From Heterodontus francisci (Eukaryota), in the NCBI RefSeq assembly GCF_036365525.1, contig NC_090415.1:11222001-11286000 (forward strand): DNA of 64,000 nucleotides, written 5' to 3'. Each line of letters starts with the position of its first letter. Position 1 is the stretch's first letter. The notes below the pieces were generated by a model, which did not search any database, was not told where the DNA came from, and saw only the letters and a program-made list of their open reading frames with translations. Made by a program: the position numbers and the translations under genes. This document shows, piece after piece, positions 9,750-24,705 of this stretch.

Positions 9750-12700
9750 AACATGCTGGGACCAGTGTTCTGGCAAACTGCATAACTAGGGAAGTAGAGA
9801 GGGCTTTGAATGAAACAAAGGGGTAGAGGGATCAATCTTGGGTAGGTGCAACAAATCAAGGTGTAGAGTCAAGGTAAGAGAGCAGAATAGTAATGTGGGA
9901 AATGAAGACCAGTGAATGGCGGAAGGGACAGAGAGAAAAAAACCGAAGAACACAGCAACAGTCAACACGAGGGGTTACAAAGATAACAAAAGTATAAGGC
10001 TCTGTATGTGAATGCACATAGCATTCATAACAAGGTAGAGGAACAGATAGTGCACATTGAAGTAAATCAATATGATATAATAGCCATTACAGAGACTTGG
10101 TTGCAAGATAACAATGGTTGGGTCCTGAATATTGAGGGGTATACAGCATTCAAGAAGAATAGGAAGTTAGATAAAGGTGATGGGGCTGCACTGTTAATCA
10201 AGGATGGCGTTGGTACAATAGTTAGAGATGACCTTGGTTCAGGAGATCTCGATGTAGAATCGGTTTGGGTGACGATGAGGAATAGTCAGGGAAAGAAGTC
10301 ACTAGTGGGAGTTGTGTACAGGCCACCGAGCAATAATGACAATGTAGGGTGAAGTATACATGAACAAATTTTGGGTGCTTGTGATAAAGGGATGGAAATA
10401 ATAATGGGGATTTTATTCAACATATAAACTGGAAAAATGAGATTGGTTATAGGAGCCTGGGCGAAGAGTTCATAGAATGCTTTTGAGATAGTTTCTTTGA
10501 GCAGTACATTCTAGAACCAGGTTATATTAGATTTGGTATTGTGTAATTTGACAGGATTAATTAATGACCTCAGAGTAAAGGCACCTCGAGGTAACAGCAA
10601 CCACAATATGACTGAATTTTGCATCCAGTTTGAAATTGAGAGGAGTGGGTCTAAGACGAGTATTTTAAACTTAAATAAGGACAACTAGGTGGGCATGAAA
10701 GCTGAGCTGGCTGAATTGAACTGGGTTACTAGGCTAGGAGATAAATCAACAGAGAAGCAGTAGCAGACATTGAAGGCTATATTTCTGAATGCTCAAAGGA
10801 AGTATATTCCTACAGTAAAGTAAAATTCTAAGGGGAGGACCCACCATCCATTGTTCACTAAAGAAGTTAAGGATAGCCTCAACCTTAAGGAAAAAGCATA
10901 TAATTGTGCAAAGGTGAGGGGCAGGTCAGATGATTGGTTAGAATGTAATGAATGCAGAGAATGACTGAAAGATTAATCAGGGGAAAATAAATTAGATTAT
11001 GACAGCAAACTAGCTAGAAATGTAAAAACAGATAGCAAGAGTTTCCATAGGTATTTAAAAAGGAAAAGTGTAAGTAAAGTGAGTGTTGGTCCTTCAGAGA
11101 ATGAGAATGGGGAGTTAATAGTAGATAATAAGGAAATGGTGGTTGAAATGAACAATTATTTGGCTTCTGTCTTCACTAGAGGATACACAAAATATTTCAG
11201 TAATAGCAGTAAATCAGGAGGTGGAAGGAAGAGAGGAAGTTGGTGAAGTTACAATCACCAGGGAAGTGGTACTGAGTAAACTGATGGAGCTGCTGGCTGA
11301 CAAGTCTCTGGGTCCTGATGGGATTCATCCTCGGGTCCTTAAAGTTATGGCTGCTGAAATAGTTGACTCGTTATTTTTTCAAGATATGCGAGATTCTAGA
11401 AAGGTTCCATCAGACTGGAAAGTAGCAAATATAACCCCTCTATTCAAGAAGGTGTGGTGGCAGAAATTGGGTAACTAAAGGCCAGTTAGCTTGACCCCGG
11501 ATTCAGGGAAGGCATTAGAATTGATCATTCAGGAGGCTATAGCTGGGCCTTTAGAAAAACACAAGGTCATTGGAAATGTTCAGCATGGCGATGTGAAAGG
11601 GAAATCAGGTTAACCAAAGTATTAGAGTTCTTTCAAGGAGGAAAATGCACTGGGGATAAAGGAGAGCCCATTGACATACAGTATTTGGTTTTCAAGAAGG
11701 CCTTTGTCAAGGTGTCACATGAAAGGTTATTGTGCAAAGCAGGAGTTCATGGTGTAGTGGGTAACTTAATTAGCATGGATAGAAGATTGGCTGGCTGACA
11801 GAAAACATTCTGATCGGGAGGATGTGATAAGTGGAGTAACACAGGGGTCTGTGCTGGGCCCACAACTTTTTACAATTTATATCCATGACCTAGATGAGGG
11901 GAGCAATGGCATGGCAGTTAGATTTGCAGATGACACACAGATCGGTAGGAAAGTGTGTTGTGAAGAGGACAGAAGGAGGTTGCAGACCTTTATAGATGGT
12001 TGAGTGAGTGGTCAGAAATCTGGCAGATGAAGTGTAATGTGAAAAAATGTGAAGTTGTTCACTTTGTCTGGAAGATTCAAAAAACAAAGTATTACTTAAA
12101 TGGAGAACAACTGCATAATTCCGAGGTGCAGAGGGATCTAGGTGTTCTGGTGCATGAGTCATGAAAAGTTAGTATGCAGGTACAGCAAGTCATCAAGAAG
12201 GAAAATGGAATACTATCCTTTATCATGAGAGGAATTGAAAATAAATGGAAGAATGTTATGCTTCAGTTATACAGGGCATTGGTGTGACCACATCTTGAAT
12301 ACTGCGTGCAGTTTTAGTCTCCATATTTCAGGAAGGAAGTAAATGTGTTGGAGGCGTTTCACAGGAGGTTTATTAGATTGATACCTGGAATGAGTGGGTT
12401 GTCTTATGAGGAAAGGTTGGACAGACTGGGCTTTTCTTCACTGGAGTTTAGAAGAGTGAGGGGAGACTTGATTGAAGTGTATAACATCCTGAATGGTCTT
12501 GACAAGTGGATGGGGAAAGGATGTTTCCTCTTGTGGATGAGTTCAGAACTCGGGGGTGCTGTTTTAGAATTAGGGGTCACCATTTTAGGACAGAGATGAG
12601 ATTTTTTTCTCTCCGAGGGTTGTGCAACTTTGGAATTCTCTGCCTCAGAAGGTGGTGGAGGTGGGGTAATTGAATATTTTTAAGGCAGGGGTAGATAGAT

Positions 12701-12832
12701 TCTTGTTAGGCAAGGGAATCAAAGATTATCAGGCATAGATGGGAGTGTGGAATTCAACTCAGAAATTGATCAGCCATGAACAAATTGAATAGCGGAGCAA
12801 GCTCGAGCGGCTGAATGGTCTACTTCTGCTAA
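9750..12832 (+). mobile_element. Decayed CR1 LINE (end of ORF1, ORF2, 3' tail)
   Basis: DIIAITETW, GPDGIHPRVLK, FADD-type region, LSYEERL; many stops. Confidence 0.9.
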
Positions 12833-13073
12833 TTCAGCAGGACTGGGGGACTGTTTGTAATATGCACTGTGAAGCAGGAACTGGTCCCGGAACATGGAGT
12901 GAGCCAGGGGAAAGGGAGAGGTCTTTCTCGGGCAGTGTCTGGACAGGGAGAGAGAGACAGAATATGATGAACTCCCTTTTAAAAATCATTGCTGATTTCT
13001 CTCTCCAAACTGTAATGAATATTCCTGGTTCGGATTCAATATCTCACTGTTTGTTGTTGTTGGATAGTGAATT

Positions 13074-13415
13074 GGGTGGCAGAGTGGCCCAGTGACTAGC
13101 ACCGCAACCTCACAGCTCCAGTGACATTGGTCCGGTTCTTCGTACTGCTTGTGTGGATTTTGCAACTTTTCCCTGTGACTGCATGGGTTTCCACTGGGTG
13201 CTCTAGTTTCCTTCCACATGCCAAAGACTTGCAAGTTGATTGGTAAATTAGCCATTACAAAAAAAAAAATGCCCCTGGTGTAGGTATGTTGTCGGAGAAT
13301 AGTGGGGACTTGATAGGGAAAAATGGGATTAATAAAGGAATGGTATAAATGGGTGGTTGATGGTCAGGAAGGACTCGATGGGCTGAAGGGCCTGTTTAGG
13401 TACTGTATATCTTTA
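13074..13415 (+). mobile_element. V-SINE (HE1-like)
   Basis: Degenerate tRNA head, V-domain, gggctgaagggcctgttt tail. Confidence 0.8.
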
Positions 13416-14604
13416 TGAATGGCGGGAAAAAAATGGCTGAATAATTTAGACACGGCAGATTTTCAAAGACTGTCTATTGCAGGATCAGGAGAGGAGATTA
13501 AGGACACTTTTTTAAACAGTTATTACTTCTTGTCCATTGAATAATTGGACATGGAAATAGAACTCTGGCTTGTGCAAATGTCACTTCTCCATTGAGTCGT
13601 CCGTGTCATTGAGCAGTGCAGGGCATGGGTTGTTTCTGAATGTCACAAAACTGCTGTAAAACTGCTCCAAATACCTGGGAAACAGAAGCAGAGTGCTGCA
13701 GTACTGCAGTGGACTCAGACACTGACACTGCTTATGTGTGAACTTTCCTTTTGTGATTGCTCAATGATTATTATTGAAAATATTACATTGATCACTTTTG
13801 TGTCTTCTCACTCACCTGTTCTTCAAGTGTAAGAGTTACCTTTTTTTTCTGCCAGGCAAACACTCGGAAGGAACCAGAACGAAAGTCATGACTCATCAAT
13901 AGATGGAAAAGTACCTCCAGCTCGTTCCAACACATATTAGGTACAGTATCAGTCACAAAGTACAGTGACACGGTCAGGTCATCATTTCCACTGTAACAAA
14001 CAAAACAAGTAGTCAGACCCAGACTGATCCCAAAGAGACACATTATCAATCCAATAGTCAAACAGAGCATAGAGGTAGTATTTGTTTCTATTTCTCTCCA
14101 ACTGACTGGTAGAGACATGAATCACAGTCCAAAAACACACACATTATCAGATTTAAATACACTGTGTCACCTTGGCTACAATTCAAATACCAAATCTTAA
14201 ACAGAACAGACAAAATGTACCTGATTGAAAGCTACAGAATGAATCCCAATAACGTACCCCACAATATAAACTGAGCTACAAATTACACACCAGTGTAAAC
14301 ATGTCACTAAGGGTCAGACAAAAACATACAGGATTAGTTCATTTACTACAAACCGATGGAATTTGACATTACATATCAGGTCATACTCTAAAATTGAAAG
14401 ATTGTCATTCACAATTGCTTTTGCAGAGCTACAAATTGGATAAAAAGCTACAACTCACAAACAAGAATTGAATAAAACCTACAGCAATAGAACATCGTTA
14501 ATCCATATTTTAAATTAAACACAAGTAAACACATATTGATACATTAACGTGTGAAACAAAGAGTTGTCACCACAATGCCTGAGATACATATGAAGTACCG
14601 GATA

Positions 14605-16405
14605 TTCCAAAATTCTGTAGACTCTGGAGCAGTTCGTACAGATTGGAGGGTGGAAAATGTAACCTCACTATTTAAAACAAGGAGGGAGAGGAAAAAAAGG
14701 AATTACAGACGAATGAACCTTACAACAGTGGTGGGGAAAATGCTGGAGTCTGTTATAAAGGATGTGATAGTTTTACGAAAGGGAAGTCATGCTTAATAAA
14801 TCCACTGGAGTTTTTTGAGGATGTAACTAACAGACTCGATAATGGAGAACTAGTGGATGTGGTGCATTTGGATTTTCAGAAGGCTTTTGACAAGGTCTCA
14901 CATAAGAGGTTCGTGTGCAAAATTAAAGCACATGGGATTGGGGGTAATATACTGGCAGGGATTGGGAATTAGTTGACAGACAGGAAACAGAGTAGGAATA
15001 AATGGGTATATTTCTGGGTGGCAGGCAGGGTCCAGTGGGGTACTGCAGGAAACTGTGCTTGAGCCCCAGCTATTCACAATATCTCTTACAGACTTGGGTG
15101 AGGGAAGTAAATGTAACATTTCCAGGTTTGCAGATGACACAGAGCTGGGGGTGGGGTTTTGGGGCGGTGTGGGATTGTGAGCTGTGAGGAGGATGCAAAA
15201 GGCTCCAATGTGATTTGGACAAGTTGGGTGAGTAGGCAACTGTGTGGCAGATGAAATATAAATAGGATAAAAGTGAAGTTATCCACTTTGGATTTAAAAC
15301 AGTAAAGCAGATTATTATCTGAATAGTGATAGATAGGGAAAGGGGGAGGTGCAACGAGACCTGGGTGTCCTTGTACATCAGTCGCTGAAAGCAAGCATTC
15401 AGGTGCAGCAAGCAATTAGGAAGGAAAATGGTATGTTGGCCTTCATTGCAAGAGGATTTGAGTATCGGAGCACAGATGTCTTACTGCAGTTATACAAGGC
15501 CTTGGTGAGACTCATCTGGAGTATTTAGAGTCATAGAGTGATACAGCACTGAACCAGGCCCTTTGGGCAACCGAGTCTGTGCTGACCAACAACCACCCAT
15601 TTTTATACTAATCCTACATTAACCCCATCCGACCAACAATCACCTATTTATACTAATCCTACATTAATCCCATATTCCCTACCTCTACCCACCTTCCCTA
15701 CCACCAACCTATACTAGGGGCAATTTACAATGGCCAATTTACCTATCAACCTGCAAGTCTTTGGCTGTGGGAGAAAATCAGAGCACCCGGCGGAAACCCA
15801 CATGGTCACAGGAAGAACTTGCAAACTCCGCACAAGCAGTACCCAGAACCAAACCCACGTCGCTGAAGCTGTGAGGTTGTGGTGCTAACCACTGTGCCGC
15901 TGTATTGTGTGTAGTTTTGGTCTCTTTATCTTAGGAATTTTGTTCTCGCCTTGTTTCCTGGGATGGCAGGATTGATGTCAAGTAGGCCTACATTTACTTT
16001 GGTTTAGAAGAATGAGAGGGGATCTCATAGAAACCTATCAAATTCTAACAGGACTAATCATGCTGAATGCAGGGAGGATGTTCCCGATGGCTGGGGAGTC
16101 CAGAACCAGGGGTCACAGTCTCAGGATACGGGGTATGCAATTTAGAACTGAGATGAGGAGAAATTTCTTCACTTAGAGGATGGTGAACCTCTGGAGTTGT
16201 CTACCACAGAAGGCAGTGGAGGCCAAGTCATTAGATATATTCAAGAAGGAAATAGATATATTTCTTAATGTCAAAGGGATCAACTGATATGGGGAGAATG
16301 TGGAATCAGGGCACTGAATTCGACAAATAGCCATGATCCCTATTTAAATGGTGAAGCAAGCCCTTTGGGGGGCCTTCTCCAGCTCCTATTTTCTATGTTT
16401 CTATG
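14605..16405 (+). mobile_element. 5'-truncated CR1 LINE with nested SINE
   Basis: DWRVENVT...NYR...VVGKMLES and a 3' tail. Absent from the paralogue at ~5935. Confidence 0.85.
15525..15901 (-). mobile_element. V-SINE nested in CR1
   Basis: Same family as 5365-5703, with an internal duplication of atactaatcctacattaa. Confidence 0.85.
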
Positions 16406-16769
16406 AATACAGCAGAATCCCACACTCACATACAGTACATAGGCACCGAGGTGCAGAATGAATCCTACACTCAAACAGAGAACAAGAGCTTCAGAGATCG
16501 AGAATGAATCACAAATACAGACACAGTATCAGTAACTTACATATATTGAATGAGTCCAACATGTGTGCACAGTACAGATACTGGCAGATACAGAATTTCT
16601 CACGCATGTACATACTCCCCGAGAGACAAACACAAAGAGAATGAATTCCAAACACACATTCAGTACCAGAGACTGTCAAATTCATAATGAAGCCTAAATT
16701 CACACACAGGATCAGAGACTGAAAGGTACAGAATGTGGTCCACAGTCAGATCATTATCCTTATCCTCAG

Positions 16770-19700
16770 CCCTTATCCATGAGGTATGAGGTTGTTGCTC
16801 CACATGTGGACGAGGGCACAGGCTGCAGGGAGGATGAGCAAACTGACCACAGCACCATGGTTCTGAGTGCCATTCAAGTGGGAGGTTTAGTAATAGGGGA
16901 TAGCATAGTTTGGGGAATAGATACCGTTCTCTGCAGCAAAGACAGGGAGTCCTGAAGGCTGTGCTGCCTACCTGGTGCCAAGATTAAGGACATCTCTTCT
17001 GGACTGTAGAGGAACTTGGAGTGAGATGGGAAGGATCCAGTTGTCATGGTCCATATAGATATCAACGCTATAGGTAGGACTTGAAAGAGGTTCTGCTGAG
17101 GTACAAGGAACAGCTTGGGGTTAAATTAAACAACAGAACATCAAAGGTAATACTCTCCAGATTACTACCTGAGCCATGTGCAAATTGGCATAGGGTAAAT
17201 AAGATTGGAGAGGTAAACGTGTGGCTCAAAGTTTGGTGTGTGAGTAATGGGTTCCAATTCATGCAGCAGTGGCACCAGTACTGGGGAAGGAGAGAGCTGT
17301 TCCATTGGGATGGGCTTCATTTGAACCATGCTGGGACCAGTGTCCTGTTGAATCGTATAACTAGGGTTGTAGATATGACTTTAAAGTAATTCGTGGGGAG
17401 AAGGTTTCAATTGAAGGGAAGTTTAAAAAATCAAAAAGGAATGAGAAAGCACTGGTGCAGGCTAGTGAAGAGACATATGGTAATCAAAGTGTGACAGGGA
17501 GGTGTCGAAAATATTAGCAGAAGAGTGCAGCAGAAATTAAAACCAGAATGACTAATAATGGTAAAAAGTCAAAGCTTAAGGCTCTTGAACTGAATGCACC
17601 CAACATTTGGGAAAAGGTAGATGAGTTGATGGCACAGATAGAAATAATTGAATGTGACTTGATAGCTGTTACAGAGACGTAGTTGCAGTGTGACCAAGAC
17701 TGGAAACTCAATATTCAACGTTCTGGAAAAATAGACAAAAAGAAGAAGCAGGTAGGATAGCTTTGTTATCAAAGGAAGGTATCAGTCCAGTGGTGAGTGG
17801 TGATATAGGTGCAATAAATCATGATGTAGAATCAGTTTGGGTGGAAATTAGGAATAGCAAGGGGAAGAAGTCACGGGTGGGATTCGACTATAGGTCCCTT
17901 ACGTGTTGGCTCACTGTAGGACAAAGTATAAATCGGGAAATAAAGGTGCCATGTAAGAAGGGTGGCAGAATTGTTATGGGTAATTTTAATCTACATATTG
18001 ACTGGACAAATCAGATTGGCAGAGGTAACATGGAAGATAAATTTGTAGCATGCATCAGGGACTGATACTTAGAGTAATACATTGCAGAACCTACCCGGGA
18101 ACAGGGTATTTTAGATCTAGCAATGTGTAATAAGGTAGTATTAATAAGAGATATTGTAGTTAAGAATCCTCTGGTGTGTAGTGATCACAACATGGTATAA
18201 TTTCAAATTCAGTTTGAGGGCGAGCAACTCGGGTCTCAAACCAGTGTCCTTAACTTGAAAAAGGCAATTGCAGTGGTATGAAGAAAGAGTTGTCTAAAGC
18301 GGGCTGGGAAAATAGCGTAAGGGGAAAGTTAGTGGATGAGCAGTGGCAGGCATTTAAACAGATAGTTCATAATGCTGAGCAAAAAATTAATCCCAGTCAA
18401 AAAGAGAAGGATGAACCACCCATGATTAACAAATTCAGTCAAGGAGAGTATCCAATCAAAAACTAAGGCATACAAAGCGGCAAAGATTAGTGGTCGGCCG
18501 GACAATTGGGAATTTTTTTAGGAACCAACAGCGGATGACTAAAAAGCGAATAAAAAGGGAGAAAATTGATTATGAAAGTAAATTGGCAAGAAATATAAAA
18601 ACAAACAGCGAGAGCTTCTATGGGTATATAAAAAGAGAGTAGCTAAAGAGAGTGTGGGACTTTGGAGGATGTGACTGTAGAATTGATCACAGGGAAGAGG
18701 GAAATGGCAGATAATTTAAACCAATATTTTGCATCTGTCTTCACAGTGGAGGACAGTATAAACTTCCCACAGATATCAGATAATCAAGGGCCTAATAGGA
18801 AGAAAGATCTTGTTACAGTCTCTATCACGAGGGAAAAAGTACTTGACAAACTAATGGGACTAAAGGCAGACAAGTCGCCAGGACCTGAGGCCTGCATCCT
18901 AGAGTTTTAAACCAAGTGGCTGCAGAGGTAATGGAAACATTGGTCAAAATATTCCAGATCTCAGTGGATTCCAGGAGGGTCCTAGCAGATTGGAAAACCA
19001 TTAATGTGATGCCCCTGTTCACGAAGGGAGGGAGACAAAAAAGCAGAAAACGATAGGCCAGTCAGTCTAATATCTGTCATTGGGAAAATGCTGGAGTCCA
19101 TTGTGAAGGAAGAAATAGCAGGATATTTAGAAAAGCTTAATGCAATCAAACCAAGTCAACATGGTTTTGTGAAAGGGAAATCATGTTTGATAAATTTGCT
19201 GGAGTTCTTTGATGATATAACAAGCAGAGTTGATAAACTGGTACCGGATGCTGTGGTGTATTTGGATTTCCAGAAGGCATTCGATAAAGAGCTACATTAA
19301 CGATTATAGCACAAGACAGGAGCTCATGAGGTATTGTGGGTAATGTATTAACATGGATTGAGGATTGGTTGACACACAGAAGACAGAGTCGGGATTAATG
19401 GGTCTTTTTCAGGTTGGAAAGATTTAACTAGTGGAGTGCCACTAGGATCAGTCCTGGGCCCTCAATTATTTACTATCTATATGAATGACTTGGAGGAGGG
19501 GCAGAGTGTAATATATCCACATTTGATGATGATCCAAAAATAGGTGGGAAGACATGCTGTCATGAGGATGTAAGGAATCTGCAAAGGATATGGACAGGAT
19601 GAGTAAGTGGGCAAAACCTTGGCAGATGGAGTTTAATGTAGGAAAGTGTGAGGTCATGTACTTTGGTAGGAAGAATCAAAAGGCAGATGATTATTTAAAT

Positions 19701-20452
19701 GGAGAGAGACTCCAAAAAAGTGCAGCACAGAGGGATCTGGGTTCTTGTCCTTGAAACACAAAAGTTAGGATTCCGGGTCAGCAAGCAATTTAAAAGACAA
19801 ATGGAATTTTGGCCATTATTGCCAGGGGGTTGGAGTTTAAAAATGGGATAGTCTTGTTGCAACTGTGCAGGGTGTTGGTGAGGCCGCACATGGAGTACTG
19901 TGTACAGTTTTCATCCCCGTATTTAAGAAAGGATATCCGAGCATTGGAGGCAGTTCAAAAGCGATTCACTCGGCTTATACCTGAGATGAAGGTGTTGACT
20001 TATCAAGAATGGTTACACAGGTTAGCCCTTTATTCATGACAGTATAGAAGAATGAGGGGTGACCTTATTGAAACGTATAAGATTCTGAGGTGGCTTGACA
20101 GGGTAGATGCTGAGAAGATATTTCCGCTAATGGGGGAATTTCGAACTGGGGGACATAGTTGCAGAATAAGGGGACACTCATTTAAAACTGAGATGCAAAG
20201 GAATTTCTTCTCTCAGAATGTAGTGACTGTCTGGAATTCCCTACCCCAGAGAGTTTGTGGAGGCGAGATTACTAAAAGTATTTAAAGAGGAGGTAGATGG
20301 ACCTTTGAAATGTTGGGGAGTTGAGGGCTATGAGGAGCTGGCATGAAAGAGGAGTTGAGGTCTGAGGCAGATCAGCCATGATCTTATTGAATGGCGGGGC
20401 AGGTTTGAGGGGCCGAATGGCATGCTCTTACTCCTGTTTCTTATGTTCTTAG
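16770..20452 (+). mobile_element. Near full-length decayed CR1 LINE (esterase ORF1, EN, RT, tail)
   Basis: GDSIV-like motif, WDGLHL, SQHGFVKGKSC, YLDFQKAFDK, tail ttcttatgttctta. Confidence 0.9.
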
Positions 20453-20639
20453 GCTCTGAAATAAATAACATAAGAAACAGGAGCAAGACTAGGCCATTTG
20501 ACCCCCCTGCCTGCTTTCCATTCATTAAAATTATGGCTGATCTGATTGTGGTCTTAACTTCAATTTCTTGGCTTCCCCCATAACCCTTTATTCCATTGTA
20601 GATCAAAAATCTGTCTGGCAGATCAGAGAATGACAGCTA

Positions 20640-21035
20640 TATAATGCATCCCATACTCAATTACAGTACATGAAACTGATGGACACAGGGCAAATTTCAT
20701 TGACATAGAGTAGTAGAGAATAAAAAGCACAATGAGAGCCACAGAATAAACAACACATTCACATACAATACCAGAGACAGAGATATTGAATGAATCTCAG
20801 GCTCACTGTCAGTGGCAGTTACTGATGAAAAATGAATTTATCCGTACACATATTCAGTTTGAGAGACTGATTGGTACATAAGTATATTCATACTCACAGG
20901 GAGTAGCAGAAACTGACATACACCACATTAATCCCACCTCACACAGAGTACTGGAGCCTGAAATGATGAATTGGAACCAGATATAATCACAAAATAGATA
21001 ATAAATGTTACTGAATAAAGTACACATTTACATGT
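20640..21035 (+). repeat. Highly degenerate 40-bp array
   Basis: cagaataaacaacacattcacatac / gaaactgac units. Confidence 0.55.
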
Positions 21036-21049
21036 GTCAAATTCATTGA

Positions 21050-21112
21050 GTGATGGTGGTTTAATGCTGACCAAAGCTGCCTTCCAAGCAGTTGACCTCG
21101 GTTCCTTCCTGC
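21050..21112 (+). pseudogene. tRNA-Gly(TCC) pseudogene
   Basis: gtgatggtggtttaatgctgaccaaagctgccttccaagcagttgacc. Anticodon arm intact, T arm decayed. Confidence 0.7.
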
Positions 21113-21502
21113 AGTTCAGGTATCAATTCTAATACCATCCAGCTGCATTGATACCTTAATTGTCAATGTAATTTCAAAAATAAAATTGACAAAATACTCT
21201 CATCATCCATGTGCAGCTCCCATATAGCTGAGCTTCAGTTTTCTTTCAATGAGAACTATGTTAACCAAAGCACAAGCCTTTAAACTGATAAATGAGTTCC
21301 AAATCAGAAACAATGGCAAAGATCTTTGATAAATAGAGAAAAAAAAAGAAGCCTGTAAATTTCACCAGTTAAACTGAGCTCTGGGTAATGATTGAACCCA
21401 CAATGATAGACTCACAGACCAGAAACTGACAAGGACAGAGTTCAAGCTACACGCAGATATATCTGAGGCTGCAAAAAACAGACTAAGATGTTTCTCACAG
21501 AA

Positions 21503-23140
21503 AAGAACATAAGAACTAAGAGCAGGAGTAGGCAATTCAGCCCCTCAAACCTGCTCCACCATTCAATACAATCATGGCTGATCTCATTTCGGCCTCAACT
21601 CCACTTTCCTGCCCGTTCTCCATAAACCTTCAACACATTATTAATTGAAAATCTGACCATCTTCTCCTTAAATTTACTCAACGTCCCGTCATCCACCACA
21701 CTCTGGGGTAGTGAATTCCACAGTCACATGACCCTCAGAGAAGTAATTTCTCCTCACCTCTGTTTTAAATCTGCTACCCCTTATTCTGAAACTATGACCT
21801 CTCGTTCTGGATTGTCTCACAAGAGGAAACATCCTCTCTGTCTACTTTGTCAATCCCCTGAATCATCTTATATACCTCAATTAGATTTCCCCTCATTCTT
21901 CTAAACACTAAAGAGCAAAGGCCTAAACTGCTCAATCTCTCTTCATAAGACAAACCCCTCATCTCTGGAATCAGTCCAGTGAACCTCTTCTGAACTGCCT
22001 CCAATGCAACTACATCCCTCCTCAAGTAAGAGGACCAAAACTGTACTTAATACTCCAAGTGCTGTCTCACTAATACCTTGTACAGTTGCAGCAACACTTC
22101 CCTACTTCTATACTCTTTTCCTTTCGCAATGAATGCCAAAATTCCATTTGGGTTCCTTAATACCTGCTGCATCTGCATACTAGCTTTCTGCAATTCACGC
22201 ACGAGAACGCCAACATGCCTCTGTTCCAAAGCACTCTGAAGTTTCTCTCCATTTTGATTATAATTTGACTTTCTATTCTTCTGACCAAAATGGATAACCT
22301 CACACTTATCCACGTTAAACTCCATCTGCCACATTTTGGCCCATTCACTTCACCTATCCATATCCATTTGTAAATTTCTTATTTCTTTATTGCAACTTAC
22401 TATCCAACCTGTTTTCATGTCATCAGCAAATTTGCCTATTGTGCCTTCTGTCCCTGCATCCAAGTCATTAATATAGATTGTAAATAGCTGGGTCACAAGG
22501 ACCGAACCCTGTGACACCCCACTAGTTATATCTTGCCAACCAGAAAAAGACCCATTTATACTGAACCTCTGTTTTCTGTTGGTTAGCCAATCCTCTATCC
22601 AAGCCCATAAATTGGCCCTAACCACATGTGATCTTTTCTTTTGTGCGGCACCTTATCCAATGCTTTCTGGAAGTCCAGATATACTACATCTACAGGATCC
22701 CCATTATCCACTTTGCTTGTTACATATTCGAAGAACTCTAGCAAATTAGTCAAACACGATTTACCCTTCATAAAACCATACTGACTCTGATGTATTGCGT
22801 TTTGACTTTCCAACTGACCTGTTATTACATTCTTAATAATGGATTCTAACAATTTCCCAATACAGATGGATGTGAAACTAACTGGTTTATAGTTTCCTAC
22901 TTTCTGCCTTCCTCCCTTTTTGAAGAAGGGCGTTATATTGGCATTTTTCCAATCCACTGGAACCTTTCCTGCATCCAGGGAATTTTGAAATATTATAACC
23001 AATGGATCCACTATCTTGCTGCAACTTCCTTTAAGACCCTAGGATGAAGGCTATCATGACCTGGGGACTTGTCTACCTTCAATCCTAATGGTTTGCTGAG
23101 TATTTTTTCCTAGTGATGATTGTTTTAAGTTTCTCCCTTT
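21503..23140 (-). mobile_element. CR1 LINE RT region and tail
   Basis: Minus ORFs with YLDFQKALDK, FADD, WQMEFNVDKC, LSYEERL. Confidence 0.9.
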
Positions 23141-23159
23141 CTATAAACTCTGCATTCCC

Positions 23160-23700
23160 TGTAACAGACAGGAGCAGAAAAAAACCTGCACTCACAATCA
23201 GATACAGACAAATTACAGGTTAGGGATTGAGAGAGAAAGAGTGAAACTTCCATTTGCATACCAGAACCTGAATGATACAGCAAAATAGACAAGAAAACAA
23301 CACTCACCTGTGAGAGCAGAGTAAAATTATACAAACATACCAGAAACAGAGAAGCATGAAGCAAACCCCACACACACTGCAGAGACTGATAGGTAAAGAT
23401 CAATACTGTCAGGCACAAAGGAAGTAAAGGTTCAAACGCACACTCACATTTCAGTGGCAGACAAATATCGAGTAAATCCCATACTCCCATAGCAGAAACT
23501 GACAAACACGAAGTGAAAACTACACACATACCAGAAACTGACAGGTACAGAACAGAATACATATTTAAATACCAGAAAATAAAACCAACATTCACACACC
23601 ACAGAATGACAGGTACAGTGCAAACCCCACATCATACTCCAAAAACTGACAGATACAGACTAAATCAATACTCCCGTACCAGAAACAGTCAGGTACAATG
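23160..23700 (+). repeat. Degenerate 40-bp array
   Basis: Near-consensus unit cacataccagaaactgacaggtacagaac at ~23525. Confidence 0.8.
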
Positions 23701-23872
23701 GCGATCATTGGACGATATTTAGTTTGTAGGGCAGGGAATTAATAAGTGACACAATGTTTGAACCGGTTGGTGAACGTGCTTGTTTGAGAACTCAAAGTAA
23801 ACTTGGCTGAAATTTGAACAGTTGGTATTGAAATCACTTCAGCAAATCGATTATTTCAGAGAGGCTGTCAGT

Positions 23873-24075
23873 GGATCTTAAAAGAGCCGTTGTGCTTGGT
23901 GCTTTATTTCTGTACATTGTGGAGATCTACAAGGAGCTGTTGTGCTTGTTCACTGCCTTTGTCCCTTTCGACATGGTGGGCTTGGCAAGCTCCCCCAGGC
24001 AGCAACAGGTCCATCGCAACAGAGACGTGCATACAAAAACCGTAAGGAGCAAATGATTGTGGCTGGTGCCATCTT
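23873..24075 (-). pseudogene. Histone H2B pseudogene fragment with stem-loop relic
   Basis: GELAKPTMSKGTKAVNKHNSSL*; ggatcttaaaagagcc at 23873-23888. Paralogue of 1712-1915. Confidence 0.85.
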
Positions 24076-24364
24076 CTGGCCGAAAGTGAGTTGTGCAACG
24101 AGAGAACCATTCATTTGTCACTATTTTAATTGGAGAGAAATAACAGAGTGTGGTGGAGACACATTCAATAGAGCCCTTCCAAAGAGAATTGGATAATGAT
24201 ATGAAGAGTAAATCAAAATTACCAAGCTATGGAGAAAAGGCCGGGGAGTGGGACTAGGTCAGCTGCTCTGCAGAAACCTGGCCCAGACAGAATGGGCCGA
24301 ATGTCCTCTTTCTGTGATGCAACCATTCAATGATTCTATCCTTCAATGGTAACATAAACGTGGT

Positions 24365-24520
24365 AATGAAAACAAAGTGCTGGATATACCCATCAGGACT
24401 AGCAATATCTGCGGAGAGAGGAACTGTTTTAACGTTTCAGGTCTGTGATCTTACATCAGAGTATTTACATTACATTCTGTTTTTATTTCAGATTTCCAGC
24501 ATCCACAGTATTTTGCTTTG
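24365..24520. mobile_element. Degenerate palindromic Penelope-derived short element
   Basis: Same layout as 25843-26030, with a mutated hammerhead core ctgatgta...gaaacgtt. Confidence 0.65.
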
Positions 24521-24639
24521 ATTGACATCAACTAAACGGTTCTGATTAAAATGCTTGCAAAATATTTGATTAGTCAGAAGGCTATTGTGTGTAGTTGCTC
24601 CACAAATGAAGCCTGAGGGGCCTGTTTCCAGAAACAATC

Positions 24640-24705
24640 TTGTTATATTGGTGAGCAAAGCTGCTTTCCAAGCAGTTGAGTTAGTTTTGATTCCTGGCCA
24701 TCACA
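24640..24705 (+). pseudogene. tRNA-Gly(TCC) pseudogene
   Basis: ggtgagcaaagctgctttccaagcagttga...ttgattcctggccatcaca. Confidence 0.65.
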